This document shows positions 25,756 through 38,807 of a DNA stretch of 64,000 nt, piece after piece. Origin of the DNA: Scenedesmus sp. PABB004 (lineage: Eukaryota); assembly GCA_014905635.1 (NCBI GenBank), contig JABVCE010000019.1, forward strand, positions 558,001 through 622,000, in the 5' to 3' direction. Position 1 is the first letter of the stretch; each line of letters starts with the position of its first letter. The translations under genes and the position numbers were made by a program. The notes beneath the pieces are model-generated. The model was not told where the DNA came from. It searched no databases and saw only the letters and a program-made list of their open reading frames with translations.

Positions 25756-27971
25756 CTCGCCCCAGCTGGTGCCCCAGCTGTTGCGCACGAGCCAGTACCC
25801 TGCGGGCGGCCCGGCGCGGTGTCGGTCGGCTGGCCCTTGAGGTCGGTGTCAAAGCCGGCGCCGACGATGACGATCGCGTGGTTGACCTCGCAGTCGCAGC
25901 TCGGGGAGCTGAAGATGCCGCCGACGTAGTCTGGTGCGCGCGGCGGGCACGGCACGGCGCGGCGGGCGGGCGGTGCAGGTGTGTGGGTGGGCGGGGGGAC
26001 CAGGGCCGGTCTGGCAGGGCTCAAACGGGGGCAAACTTCGGCTCGTTCAACCCTCGAGCCCCAGCGCCTAAACCCTCGAGCCCCAGCGCCTGAAACCCTG
26101 GAGCCACCAACGGGCACAGTGACACTCACTGAAAAAGGCAAAGTCCATGCAGATCGCGGACGCGATGGGGCCGCGCTTCAGCGCCTCCAGCATCGCAGCC
26201 TCGTCGCCCGACGGCAGCGCCTGCGCCGGCGGCGACGCCGGCGGCGGGGCGGCGGCGGCGTGGGCGCGCGCGCCCCGCCGCCCGCGCGGTGCGGCTGCAC
26301 GCCCCCAGCGCGCGCGCGCCTCGGCCCCCAGCCCCCTCCTGCGCACCGTGTAGCTCGCCAGGCGCGACATCGAGGTGAGGCTGGCCGCGGGGCACGACGA
26401 CTGCGGCGGCGGCACGGGTGCGTGAGCGCCCGCGCGCGCCCCCCGCCGCGCGCGGCACGCCGCCCCGCCCCATTCAGGGTTTAGCCCTGCCCGCCCGCCG
26501 CCTAAAGCCTTACCTGGGCCGCGACGTAGGGGTAGAGCGAGCTGAGCGCCACGCCCTTTGAGATCAGGTAGTCAAACGCGCCGTTGTAGAAGCCGCCCTT
26601 GCAGCCGCCGGGGAAGGTGTCGGTCGCGCAGTCGACCAGCTCCTTCTCGCTCAGGCTCACCTGGGAGTGTGGGTGTAAGGTTTAAGGGTTTAGTTGGTTG
26701 GTGTGCGCGTGTGGATGGGTGCGTGCCCGGGCCGGCGGCGGCGCGGCATACGGAGGGGCGCGGCCGGCGCGCGGCGCCGCAGCGCGGATTGGCGGTCACC
26801 GCGCCGCCCGGCCGTGCCGCACCACGGCGCGCTTGCGGCGGAAGCTCGCCGCCTCGGTGAGCGCGATGGAGGCAGACGCCCAGCAGCTGTTGCACGCGCC
26901 CTGGTCCTTGGGCGACGGCAGCACCGAGGTCCTGCCGGGCGCGACGGCGCGACGCGGCGCGGCGCTCGGCGCGGCGCGCTCGGCGGCGGCGCACGGTGCG
27001 CCGCGCGCCATGCAGAGAGCCTCGCTGGGCCCACAATGCAGCGCGGCGCGGCGCTGTGCGCGGCGCGCGCACCAGTCAGGGATGCCCTTGAGCGCGGCGG
27101 GGCGCAGCGCGGCGCGCAGCCGCGCGGCCGCGGCGGGGTCCGCCGCCGCCGCGGCCGTCGCGAGGCCCGCCGCCGCGGCCTCGACCTCGGCCACCTCGGC
27201 GAGCACCGCGGGCGCGCGGAACGTCGCCTCGGCGTGCGTCTCCATTGCGGCGACGCTCACGCGCGACGTCGCCTCGAGGTGCCTTGCGCGCGCCGCGGCG
27301 AGCGCCGCGCCGCCGGCCGCGCCGGGCGGCACCAGGCCCAGGAACGCCGCGCGCTCGGCGGCGGGCATCTCGGTGAAGCGGTTGACCACGCGCTTCAGCT
27401 TCTTAGCTGCCGCGTTCTGCGCCGCCAGCGCAGCGAGGTTCTTCCGCAGCGCCGCGCGCCCCGCCTTGGTCATCTGACGCCGCGGCGCGCGGCGGGCGGC
27501 GCGCGGGGCGCGGGGCAGAGCGCGGGGCGCGGGGCGCGGGGCGCGGGGCGCGGGGCGGGGCGGGGCGGGGCGGGGCGGCCGCATCCACGTCGCGTCACGC
27601 GCCGTGGCGGCGGCGGCGCTGCTGCCGGGCGAGCCCGCGTGCAGCCGGGCGGGCCACGCGCCGCGCGGTGCCGCGCCGCGGCGCCGCCGGCCCACCTTGA
27701 CCACCGGGTTGCGCACGCTCTTCTGGTAGCGCGCCGCCGCGTCCTCCGACGGCGACCTGGCAAGGTCCGCCGCCACCGCTGTGCTGGCGGCCTTAAAGCT
27801 CCTGAACTCGGTCACGGGCGCCAAGTAGTCGTCCACAGGCGGCAGGGCGTCGTCAGCGTCGGCCGCCGCGGTCAGCGCGGCGGCGTCGGCCTGGGCGTGG
27901 GCGCCGTGCGTGCCGGCCGCGAGCAGGACCAGCAGCGAGACGGCCCAGGGCGCACGGCTCCCGTTCGCCAT
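25756..27971 (-). CDS. Papain-family (C1A) cysteine protease, secreted; last exon not identifiable
   Basis: Signal peptide; prodomain VNRFTEM; KDQGACNSCWA (catalytic Cys); SLSEKELVDC; GCKGG; VNHAIVIVG (His); YWLVRNSWGTSWGE (Asn). Confidence 0.88.
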
Positions 27972-30149
27972 GGCGGCTGCGGGCAGGATCAGGGCGGGTT
28001 GTGAGGAGCGACTGCGACTGGCTGCAGCACTACGCCCTGGCGGTCGCCGCCGCGCAGCAGGAGCAGCAGCTGCGCGGCGGCGCGGTCCCGGACGTCCTGC
28101 CCACGGGCGCGGAGCTGGCGCTGGCGCTGCACAGCGAGGCGCGCGCAGGCGCCGGCCTCGGGCCGGCACGCGCGTCGGGCGCCTCCAGCGCGGCCACGGC
28201 GTTTGCGGCGCCGCTGCGCGATGAGCTCGAGGCGTCGCAGTCGTCGGGCGGGCCGCTGCGGGGCAGGCCGGCCGGCGCCAGCGCGGCGGCGAGGCCCGCG
28301 CCGCCGCCGCCCGTGGCGGACTGCGGCGGCCGCGCCGCGTCTGCGCGCCGGCCTCGCCCGACCCGGTAGGAGACGCCAGCGACGACGACTGGCTGGAGCG
28401 CCTGATTGCCATCGTCGAGGGAGAGGGCAGCGACGACGGCGGCGACGTCGCGCTGCTGCACTTGCTCGCCTAGGCGCCGCGGCCGCTGCGCCGAGAGAGG
28501 ACGGAGAGGGGAGCACGCGCGCGTGCATGTGGGTGGCCGAGCGCCTCTGCACGTGGGGTGGGGAGCGGGGCGACACGCCCCACGCTGATGCCCTTTGAGT
28601 GATGCCTTTGCTTGACTCTCAATCTCTTGCACATGGATTGCAGAGAGCATGAATGACGACATAGCAGACAGACACTCACAAGCGCGCCTCATCTGGCACG
28701 GCGGCTCTGCTCGCGGCAGCTGCTTAGGCTGAGTGTGGCCTGGTTGCGCGGATTCGCCGATTAGGTGCCAGTGAATGACAGACAGCACTGCTTCTCCCGC
28801 TGGAGCAACCAACCAGCAGGCTTTTGGCCGGGATCTGGCCACCGCGGCGGCCGCTCTGTCGCGTCGCCTGCGTGCACGCAGCGAGAGGGATCTGGTGCCT
28901 CGCAATTGCTGGGCCAACCTAATAAAGGTCAAGAGACTGATTTGCCACAGCTGGCGCGCTGCGCTCACGTGCCGCCTGCTGATGAGGGGCATTCGCACGT
29001 GCGCCTTGTGCCCGCGCCCCTGCACACTGATGCTCGCAGCGGCCTGACGGCCAGCGGGGTGCCCCAATCTTATATCGACGCATTGGCATGAGTGCCAGCA
29101 TGTGTGCGTGAATGAATGTGCCAACCCTGCGCGCCCTGCATGCGGGGCTGCCCCGCGCGAGGCGCCGCAGCTGCGGCGAGGCGCCGCAGGTCTGCGCCAC
29201 TCCACCGCGTCGGCGGCGCGCGCCTGACCGCGCGCCGTTGACAGCGGGCTGCGCGAGGTCGCGGAGCGGCTGTATGCTGCGTGTGACACACATCCCGGCG
29301 CCGCCTCCCCGGCGCTGCCCGGCCACAGGCCGCGCGCTCCGCGCATGGTCCGCGGCGCCGCCCTGCGGCACCGCGCGACCCTGAAAGCTCGCAGGCGCTG
29401 GCGCGTGGGCTCGCGCGCAACGCTCTCGTCCTCCCCCGCCGCACGCTCAGTGCGGGCGCCGTGCAGCGCGACGATTATGCGCGGGAGAACCCGACCTCGC
29501 CCCGCGCCCTTCCTGCTGCCGCTTTGGACGCGCAGGTATGTAAGCGCACCCCGGGCCTCCAGCGCAGGTACCACCGCGGCGCGACCGCCAGCAGCGCCCC
29601 ACACGCTGCGCGCCGGCCGCCCCGCGGCAAGCCACGGCCGCGCCCCGAAGCGCCCCGTACGCGTGGCCCTTCAGGCGGCAGAGCTGCTCACTCCAGGAAG
29701 GAGGGGTGTTGTCAACCAACGGCGCAGCCCGCGCGGGACGTGCTGCGCGCACCGCGCACCGACAGGCGCGGAACCGCCGCCGCCGCTGCCGCCACGCGCC
29801 GCCCTTGGGTGTGTGGCCCTTCAGTCGTGTGAGCGCTGCGTACCAGGTGAGGGCATGCCACCCGCACCAACGAAGCGCCTGGGCGCGCATGGCTGCGGGC
29901 TGTGCGCTGCGGCGGTCGCAGCTGCTGCTCCTGCTGCGCGGCGGCGACCGCCAGGGCGTAGTGCTGCAGCCAGTCGCAGTCGCCCCTCACAACCCGCCCT
30001 GATCCTGCCCGCAGCCGCCATGGCGAGCGGGAGCCGTGCGCCCTGGGCCGTCTCGCTGCTGGTCCTGCTCGCGGCCGGCACGTACGGCGCCCACGCCCAG
30101 GCCGACGCCGCCGACGCCGCCAACACGGCTGTGCTGACCGCGGCGGCCG
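27860..30149. repeat. Inverted duplication, arms 27860-28074 and 29917-30149 (5'UTR plus signal-peptide exon)
   Basis: Reverse-complement match; MANGSRAPWAVSLLVLLAAGTHGAHAQADAA versus MASGSRAPWAVSLLVLLAAGTYGAHAQADAA. Confidence 0.92.
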
Positions 30150-30791
30150 GTGCGCGCGCGGCAGCGCCTCGCGTGCGCGCAGCCCGCCCAGCGCCGCCAC
30201 TGACCCGCCGCGCCTCACCAGCAGCCCGCGGCCGGCGCGCGGCGCAGAGCCCTCCGGCAAGAAGGGCGACTGCGTGGGCGGGTGGAGCAAGGGCGCCTGC
30301 ATCTGCAGCGCCACTGCCGGGCGCCGCATCGACACCTACGTAATCAAGACCCCCGCGGCGACGGGCGGCAAGGCGTGCGAGGCCGCCGACGGCGCGACGC
30401 GCAAGGCCAGCTGCAAGCAGGATTGCAAGGCCGTCGCTGGTGGGCTGCGGCGGCGCACGCCGCGCGCCGGCGGCCTGCCCGCCGCCTGCCGCCCCTGCCA
30501 GACGACCGAGCCCGCCGCTGCCGCGCGCCGCCGCGCGCCGTCGCAGGCCTTAAGGGCGGGTACCCCAAGTCCGGTTCCGACCTCATCACCGGCGCAAGCT
30601 TCGACGGCGCCGACTACTGCGAGCCCGGCAGCTACGTCAAGGCCAAGGCCTGCACGCAGGGCAGGGGGGCTGTGATCGCATCGCTTTGCAGCCGCATCGC
30701 GGGCTGGGCACGAGGGCGGCGCGCTGGATCGATCAAACGGGCACACGCTGTCGGCGAGCATGCTCCCACGTGCATGCTGAGCCCGCGATGA
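30020..30791 (+). CDS. Putative secreted Cys-rich protein with a thrombospondin/spondin-like module; 3' end uncertain, possibly a pseudogene
   Basis: Exon 1 is the duplicated signal peptide; exon 2 (30248-30438) DCVGGWSKGACIC..TYVIKTPAATGGKACE..SCKQDC; exon 3 GGYPKSG..FDGADYCEPGSYVK. Confidence 0.5.
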
Positions 30792-31659
30792 CCGCAACAT
30801 CCTTAAGGCGGCGCCGTCGCGAGAGCGGGGCGCCGGTTACAGGCGTTTGGGGGAAAAACGCGACCGCGAGGTCAGGTCAGGGAGCGCAAATGCGGCCGTC
30901 GGGCTGCTGATGGTACACACGCGCAGGGGTCAGGCACACACTGGGAGGGAAAATGGACGGCCGCCACCGCAGCCAGCGAGCTCAGCTCGAGCTCGCCTGG
31001 CCCAGCGCGCCCGCCCGGTGAGCCGAGCCAGTTCACGCGCGCGTCAGCATCCTGCGCCCTGCAGGGCGGGGCCGGCGCACACGCTCCGCCGCGCACCCCA
31101 GCAGCTGAGGGTGGCTGCGCGGCGCGGCGCCGGCGGGCCGCCAGTGACAGATCAGTCTACGGTGCGATGGCTGGCCAAGCAGCAGCGGTGCGTGCGCGAG
31201 CGGCGCGGCAGCAGCCGGCACGGCGCGCAGCAGCCAACCTGAGCTGGTCAGGCGCGAACAAGCCAGCCAGCCGTGTCAAGCGGACGGCGCGCCGTGCCGG
31301 CGCGGCGCACACGCGGCGCCTGGCGCAGTGCGGCAGCAGCAGTGCCCCCCCGGCCCGCTCAGCGATGCGCCAGAGCCAGGCCCGCTAGCCAAAAACCACC
31401 CTGCCCCTCGCAAGGCCCCAACGCTGGCGATTTGCAGCCAGCCCCACCTGCAGCAACACACGTGTGCGCGCGCACACACACGTCCCGCGCAATTCCAAGC
31501 GCACGCAGCGCGTGTGCACCTCGCGGCGCCACGCCAATCTTGGAAGCGCGTTCCAGCGCCCGGCGTGCAGTCCTCGATACCCAAGACCCGCAGCATCAGC
31601 AAGCAAGCCCGCGCACTGCCAGGTGCGGCAGCCGCGCCAGTCGTCGCGGCGCCCGCTGG

Positions 31660-33737
31660 CTACTGCGGGCCGTCGGCGCTGCTCGCGCGGCCGTTGAGGG
31701 CGCGCAGCAGCTCAAAGGTGGGGCCCATGCCGCCCAGCGCGCCCGCCATTTGGCGCACCAGCTCCAGCACGTCGCTCGGCGCCTCGCCGCAGGCGGCGGG
31801 CGGCGCCAGCTGCGCGCCGCCCGCGAGCGACAGCGGCGACGGCCCGTGCGCGCCGGCCTGGTGGTGCGCCGCGCCGCCGTGCAGCGCCGCCGCGGCGGCG
31901 AGCTGCTGCTGCTGCTGCGCGAGCAGGAACCCCGTGAGCTGCTGCCCCGCGGCCGCAGGGCCGCACCCCGGCGCGCTCGTCGCGCCCAGCAGCAGCGGGC
32001 TGCCCGGCGGCGACGCGCCGGTCGCGGCGCTGAAGCACTCGCTCGCCTCGCGCCCGGCCAGGGCAAAGGCCGTGGCGTGGCTCATGGGGCTGCCGCACGC
32101 GGCGGCGGCGAGCAGCGGCGCGCCGCCGGCCTTGCTGGGGCTGCCCGGCGCGCCGCCGCCGCTGGCAGCGGCGCCCGCGCCCGCGAACGCCTGCTGCTGC
32201 TGGTGCAGCGCCAGCGCGAGCGCGAGGCTGTGGTTGTGCGGCAGCCGCGCGCCGGCGCCGAGCAGCACGTGCCGGCTGCCCGTCGCGAGCGGCTGCTGGT
32301 GGTGCGCGGCGGCGGCGGCGCCGCCCGCCGCCAGCAGCGCGCCCGCGTCGCCGCCCGCCGCCACGTAGTCGCCGTGCGGCGCCGCGCCGGCCGCATAGTC
32401 GCCGTGGCCCGCGCCGCTCGCGACGGCGAGGCGGCTGAGCGGCATGCAGTGCGGCGCGGCGGGGGCCTCGGCCTGGTGGTGGTGCAGCGCGCCGGGGCCG
32501 CTGTGCGCCTCCTCGTCGTAGCAGCCGTCGTCGGTGTCCTCCGTGGGCACCACCTCGCTCGTGTCCTGCGCGCGGGGCGCGGCCGGGCGGGGTTTGATAA
32601 TGCGGGGCTGAGCGCGGCGCCGCCGCCCGCCCGGGGGCCTGCCTGCCGCGCCGCGGGGCGGCGCCGCGAGCTGCGCACCTCGGTGGCGGGCTCGTCGCCG
32701 CGCATGCGCTTGGCGCTGTTGTTCGCGGTGTCGTGCCCGACGCGGCGCTTCTTGGGCTGCGGCGCGCGGCAGGCGGGGGGCGGCGTCAGCAGGGGCGCGC
32801 CACGCGCGGCCGGCTGGGTCCCGAGCCCGGCTCCGGCTGCCGGCGCCGCCCGCGCCGCCGCACCATGGCCTTGCCGAGCGTGCGCGTGCGCAGGAAGCGG
32901 ATGCCGCAGGCGTTGCACAGGATCGGCTTTCCCTTGGGGCCCTTGCGCCACTGCGGGCTGCTCGTCGCGCTGCAGTGGCAGCAGGGGCCCGCGAGGTCCT
33001 GCCGCGCCTTGCGCCGCCCGCCGGGCGTGGCCGCGCCGCCGCCGCTGCCCGCGGGCGCGGGGCTGCCGCCGCGCGCGAGGCTCGGGCTGCCGCAGGCCAC
33101 GGCGTTGTTGCCGCACAGGCCCAGCCGGCTCGGCGGGGCCAGGCAGGCGGCGGGGCAGTAGTCGGTCACCACGCCTGCGCGCGGCGGCGGGCGGGGCGGG
33201 CAGCCGGCGTCAGCCGGCTGGTTTCCCGCGCTGGCAGCTCAGCCCCGCGCGCCAAGCTGGTTAGCGGCTGCTCAACACTGCGGTAGCATCATGGCCGAGC
33301 GCTGCAGCGATCCCGCAGCTGCTGGGTGCCGCGCGCGAGCGCCGCGGCCTTGTAGTGCCGGCCGCATGCCACGGCCGAGCAACGCCCGCGCGCTCAGGGC
33401 CCGCTTGCCCTGCCGCCGCCTCCCAGGGCCGGGGATCGTCAGCTCCGAGCCGCCCCCGCCCCGCCGGACCCGCGTGCGCGCTCACTGGCGTCCCAGGGCG
33501 AGCGCCAGGGCAGCGTTTGCTTGCGTCGCCCGCTGCCCGGCCGGCGCTGGAAGAGGCTCCCCGTCTCGCTGATGTCGCTGCGAGTGCTCTCGCTGTCGCT
33601 GTCCGCGCCGCCGTAGCCGTGCGCGAGCAGGAACTGCGCCGTAACAGCACGATGGGGCGGGCGCGCCGCGTGAGCGCTCGCCGCACGCGCGCCGGCGCTG
33701 GCGCAGCGCTCAGCCACCGCACGCGACCCACCTCCAT
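31660..33737 (-). CDS. GATA zinc-finger transcription factor A
   Basis: [34 protein letters not shown] (CX2CX18CX2C); stop TAG 31660-31662; start tentative (ME|intron). Confidence 0.85.
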
Positions 33738-34282
33738 GCTGCCGCCGGCGCCGCGCGGCTCGTGGCTGCGATCGCGCGGGCGGCGAGGGGGAAACGGAAT
33801 GTGGCGCCGGGCCGCGATCGGCGCTCGCGAGCTGGACGTGAGTTGAAGGAGCGGGGCTGTGAGGAATGGCGAGCTGCGGGGGCCTGGGCGGGGCTAGTGC
33901 GGGCGACAATCACCTGGCGGCAGCTGGGCGGGCAGGCGTACCAGCTGGCCGCGGGGCTGCTGGGCGCCTGGAGCGGGTCGAGAGCTCTGTCCGAGACCCG
34001 GGGGAGCTCCCGCCAGAGCTGAGCGGCTGCGGGCCGAGCCGGCAGAGAGCGTTGCCCTCCGGCCGGCCGGGCGGCGCGCCGCACGGGCGGCGTCCGCCGG
34101 CCGCGCCGCCTGCCCGCACACACGCCTGCCTGCGACGCACCACACTCTTCACCGCCGCCAACGCTGCTGCCGCTGCGTCACACGCGCCACAACCACGCCG
34201 CCGCGGCGCGCCAAAACTGTGCGCTCCCGTCGTCCGCCGCCGGGTCTCGGAACGCCCGCGAGCCGCCGCCGCGAGGGCGCGC

Positions 34283-36228
34283 TCACTTCTCGTCGAGGGC
34301 GGCCACGCCGGGCAGCACCTTGCCCTCCAGCAGCTCCAGGGAGGCGCCGCCGCCTAAAGGGAGGGGGCGCGGGGCGCGGGCGCGGCGGACGTGTGAGCGC
34401 GCGCGGCGCCGGGGCGCGGGCGGCGCCGCCCTTCTCTACCCCCCGCCCCGGCCCCTCCCTCCCCCTGCGCCGACTGAGCCCTGGTCCCTGGTCCCTGGGC
34501 CCTAAACCCTGTGCCCTGCGCCCTAAACCCCGCACCGGTGGAGATGTGGCTCATCTTCTCCGCCACGCCGGCCTTCTCGACCGCGGCCACGGAGTCGCCG
34601 CCGCCGATGATGGTGATGCAGCCGGTCGGCGTGAGCTCCGCGAGCGTGGCGGCGATGGACTGCGGCGGGGACGGCGCGGCGGGCGCGGCGGACGCGGATG
34701 CGGCGCGGGCGCGGTGAGCTGGGCCGCTGCGCGGGAAGGAGGTCGCCGCGGGCGCGCCGCGCCGCGCTCCCCGCCCCCCACAGCACGGCACGCGCCGCGC
34801 GGCCCCCACAGCCCCGCAGCGCCCCCGCGGCGCCCGGCTGCGGCCCCGCACCATGGTGCCCTTGGCGAACTTGTCAAACTCAAACACGCCCATGGGGCCG
34901 TTCCACACGACCGTCTTGCACTCCTTGAGCGCGTCGTTGAAGGTCTTGATGCTGTCCGGGCCGATGTCCAGGCCCTGCAAGGGTTAAGCGCGCGCGGGCG
35001 GCGGGCGGCAGGCAGCGGGGTTCAGCGGGTGGCAGGGTCAGGGCGGCGGCGGGGCGTCGGGCGAGCGGAGGCGAGCGGGGGAGGGCACGAGCTCCGCGTG
35101 CGCAGGGGAGCGCGCCGGGAGGGCGGCGCGGCGCAGCGCGGCGCGGCGGCGGCGCGGCGGCGCGCGGGGGCGCCCGCACCATCCAGCCGTCGGGGATGGC
35201 GTCGGCGGACACGGTCTGGGTGTTGGCCTCGGGGTCAAACTTGTCGGCGACGACGACGTCGGTGGGCAGCAGCAGCTTGACGCCCTTGGCCTGCAGCGCG
35301 GGCGGCCGGGGCGGTGTGGGCGTGTGTGTGGATATATGTGTGGCCGTGCGCGGGCGCGTGGCGAAGCCCGCCCGCCCGCCGGCGCGCCGCCGTCTCTCAG
35401 CAGCGCGCACGCCTCTCGGCGCATTCCCTCTGGCCCCGTCCCAGCGCCCCCCGCCCACCTTGGCCATCTCCTCCAGCTTCTTGGCCAGGTCCAGCTTGTC
35501 CTCCTCCACCAGGGAGCTGCCGACCTTGAGGCCGCGGGCCTTGTAGAAGGTGAACACCATGCCGCCGCTGAGCAGAGGAGAGGGGGGGGGAGTGCGCGGG
35601 GGCGGGTGGCGGGTGTGGGCGGGCGTGGGCGCGGGTGTGGGGGGCGGGCGAGGGAGGCAGGCAGCGAGGGCGACGGGCGCGGCCCTCGTCAGCCCCGCAC
35701 GGCGCCCCGCGCGCGCTCCCGGGCTGCTCCTCCGACCCCCCGCCGGGGCAAACCCCGACCCCCGGCCAGCCCAAACCCAGCCTGAACCCAGCCTAAACCC
35801 TCCCACGTGCCGCGCCGCCGCGTGCGCCGCGCCGCGTGCCCAGCCTAAACCCAAGCGCACCCGATGATGAGCACGTCGACCTTGTCCAGCAGGGACTCGA
35901 TGACCGTGATCTTGCTGCTCACCTGGGGTTTAGGGGGGGACGCGGGGACGGCGGTTTAGTGGCGCGCAGCGTTGGCGGCGGCGGGGAGCGTCGCGCGTCG
36001 CCGGCAGGCGCGCGTGCGTGCGTGCGGGCGGCGGCGGCGGCGCGGCGCGCGGGCGCCGCCCGCGCGGCGCGCCGCCCGGCGGCCGGCGGGGGCGACGCGG
36101 CGCGCGCTGCCGGCGCTCTGCCCGCAGCAGCGCCTCTCACCTTGCTGCCGCCCACGATCGCGGCAAAGGGCTTCTTGGGGTTGGACACGGCGCCGTCGAG
36201 GTAGTCCAGCTCCTGCGTGGGGGTGGGG

Positions 36229-36310
<82 letters not shown>

Positions 36311-37985
36311 GGGGGGGGGGGCGCTGAGAGTCGGGCGCGGGGCAGGGCGGCCACGCGTCCCCGGCTGCCCCCTGCGCGGCGGGCGGCCGCCGCGGCCGCC
36401 GCGCGCACGGGGTCCCGCCCCCGCCCCCGCCCCCGCCCCGGCGCCGGCGCAGGCCCTCAGCGCGCAGGCTCCCAGCGCGCCTTCTGCAGCAGGAAGCCGG
36501 CGACGCTGGGCTTGAGGAACTTGGTCACGCCCTCGGTCGACGCGTGCGCGCGGTGCGCGGTGCCAAACGCGTCGTTCACGTACAGGTCGGCGTTGGCCGC
36601 GAGCTGCGGAGAGGGACGGGAGGGGCAGAGGGAGCGGAGGGGGAGGAGGGAGGAGGGAGGCGGGGGGAGGGAGGGCAGCGGGGTGTGAGGGCGGCGCGGC
36701 GGCGCGCGGCGTGCGGACGACGCGCGCGGACGCGCGGGAACGCGCGGCTCTGCCTGCCCCTCTCTCCCGTCCGCGCACCTTCTTGGCGAACTCGGGCTCG
36801 TTCTTCTCCTCCTCCTTGTAGAAGCGGACGTTCTCGAGCAGCAGCAGCTGCCGGCGAGCAGCGGGGCGAGTGTGGCGGGCAGCGGGGCGGGCGGCGGTGA
36901 GCCGGCGCCGGCGCCGCCGCGTGGCGCACATCTGCGCTTCCCGCTCCAGTTGTGGCCGCGGGGCCCTCCCGCCCGCCCGGCGCGCGCCGCTGCGAGGGGC
37001 CGCGCGGCAAAGGCGGTTGCGGGAGCGCCCGCGCCCCCGCAGGGCCGCGCCGGGCCGGCGCATTGGCCCACGCCGGCGCGCGTCGCGCCCGCGAGGGCGA
37101 TCGACGGCGCGGGGCGGCGCGCCGCGGCCCCGCGTGCGCGGGGGCCCCCGCGGTGCGTGCATGCATCCGCACCTCGCCGTTCTTGGCGTCCGCCACGGCC
37201 TTCTCGACGGTCTCGCCGATGCAGTCGTCCAGCTTCTTCACCTGCGCGGCGCCACGGCGCGCGAGAGCGCTCAATGCGCGGCCCTGGGGGCGGCGGCGGG
37301 CGGCAGCGCCAACGCGCCGCGCGCGCGTGCGCCGCCGCACCGGCTTGCCCAGCAGCTCGGCGAGGCGGGGCGCCACGGGCGTCAGCCTGAACTTGTCCTC
37401 GGGGCCCGACTTCGGGCGGCCCTGCGGCGCGCCGGGGCCGCAGCGGGGGCCGCGTGGGGGGGCGTGCGGCGGGCGCGCCGCGCGCGCCGACCCGGCGCCG
37501 CGCCCCGCCCGCGCCCCGCGGCTCGCACCAGGTGGGAGGTCAGCAGCACCTTGGCGCCGTTGTCCAGCAGGTACTTGAGCGTGGGCACCGCCGCGCGGAT
37601 GCGGGTGTCGTCGGTGATCTTCTGCTCCTGCTCGGGCGCGCGCGGCGGCGGGGAGCAGCGGGCGGCGTCGGGCGCGCGCCGCGCGCCGCCGCCGCGCCGC
37701 GCCGGCGCGGGGCCGCACCCACGGGCGCCCGGGCCGGGGCTGCGGGGGCGTGGGGGGCAATGGGGCGTCGGCGGGCCCGCAATTGCGCACCTTGTCGAGC
37801 GGGACGTTGAGATCGGCGCGCACGAACACCTTCTTGCCCTCGAGATCGGCCTTCTTGAGGTCGCCGACGCTCTTCTTGGTGGCCTTGACCACCACCACGC
37901 GCGCGCGGCCCACGCGCGCGGCCGCGGCGCGGCGCTGCGCCAGCGCGGGGCGCGCAAAGGAGGAGCGCTGCATGGTCAGGGCCAT
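34283..37985 (-). CDS. PGK: Phosphoglycerate kinase, chloroplast, about 12 introns
   Basis: Transit peptide; [70 protein letters not shown]. Confidence 0.97.
36231..36306. repeat. (GT)n microsatellite in a PGK intron
   Basis: Direct reading. Confidence 0.95.
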
Positions 37986-38807
37986 GGCGGCTTGTGGTCA
38001 CACGGGGCGGCGCGGGGCAACGGCGGGCGCTTGAAAGGTGGCCGGGCGGGCGGGCGGCGCGCAATTGAGCGCGGCGGGCGCTGCGATGGCAGCGCTGCGG
38101 CTCAGCGCCCGGGCCCTGGGCGGCGTGGCGGGCAGGCGCGCCCCGTGCGCTTCACGACCAACGCGCACAACGCACGCATGCGCACGCGGCCGCGCCAGGC
38201 GACGGCGGCGCTGGCGGTGCGCGGCGCGCGCCGGGCAGCGCACGGCGCGCTGGCTGCGCCTGCGACGTGGCGCCTGCGGGGGCGGCGCAGCTGGCGGCGC
38301 CTGCCCTGACGACTGCCTCCAGGGCCGCAGCGCTGGCGGCGGACGGCGCCGGGCAGCGCGCGCGGCGCGCGGCGCCCGCACGTGTGGGAGCGGCTGCGCG
38401 CCCTGGGCGGCCGGCAGAGCCCTCTGCTCTGGCTGCCAGCAGCGCGGGGCTCGCCCCGGACCGCCGCGGGCGAGCACCGACCGCGCGGCGGTGCGCGGGA
38501 ACGGCGGCGCAGCTGGCGGCGCCTGCCGGCTGACGGCTGCCGCGCCGGGCCCCACTGCTCGCCTGCGCGACCGCCGCCCGCCAAAAACATCAGGACGCCA
38601 ACCGCGCCCGCTCCGCGCGATCCAGTGCGGTCGCCGCCAGCTGCTGCCCGCGCCTCTCTGCGCCCCCGCCCCTCGCACAGCCGCGCAGCTGCGTGGTCCT
38701 CCGCGGCCCGAGACTTGTCTGACTCACACGAGCAGCACGCGCGGCTCGCAGCGTGCCCTGAGCGCGGCGACCAGCTGCGCTGCGCCGCAGCGGCGTGCAG
38801 CTGCTCG

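Noticed and set aside
28590..29120. Lower-GC stretch between the two divergent secreted genes as a mobile element
   Set aside because: No ORF, terminal repeats or second copy in the window; compatible with plain intergenic DNA
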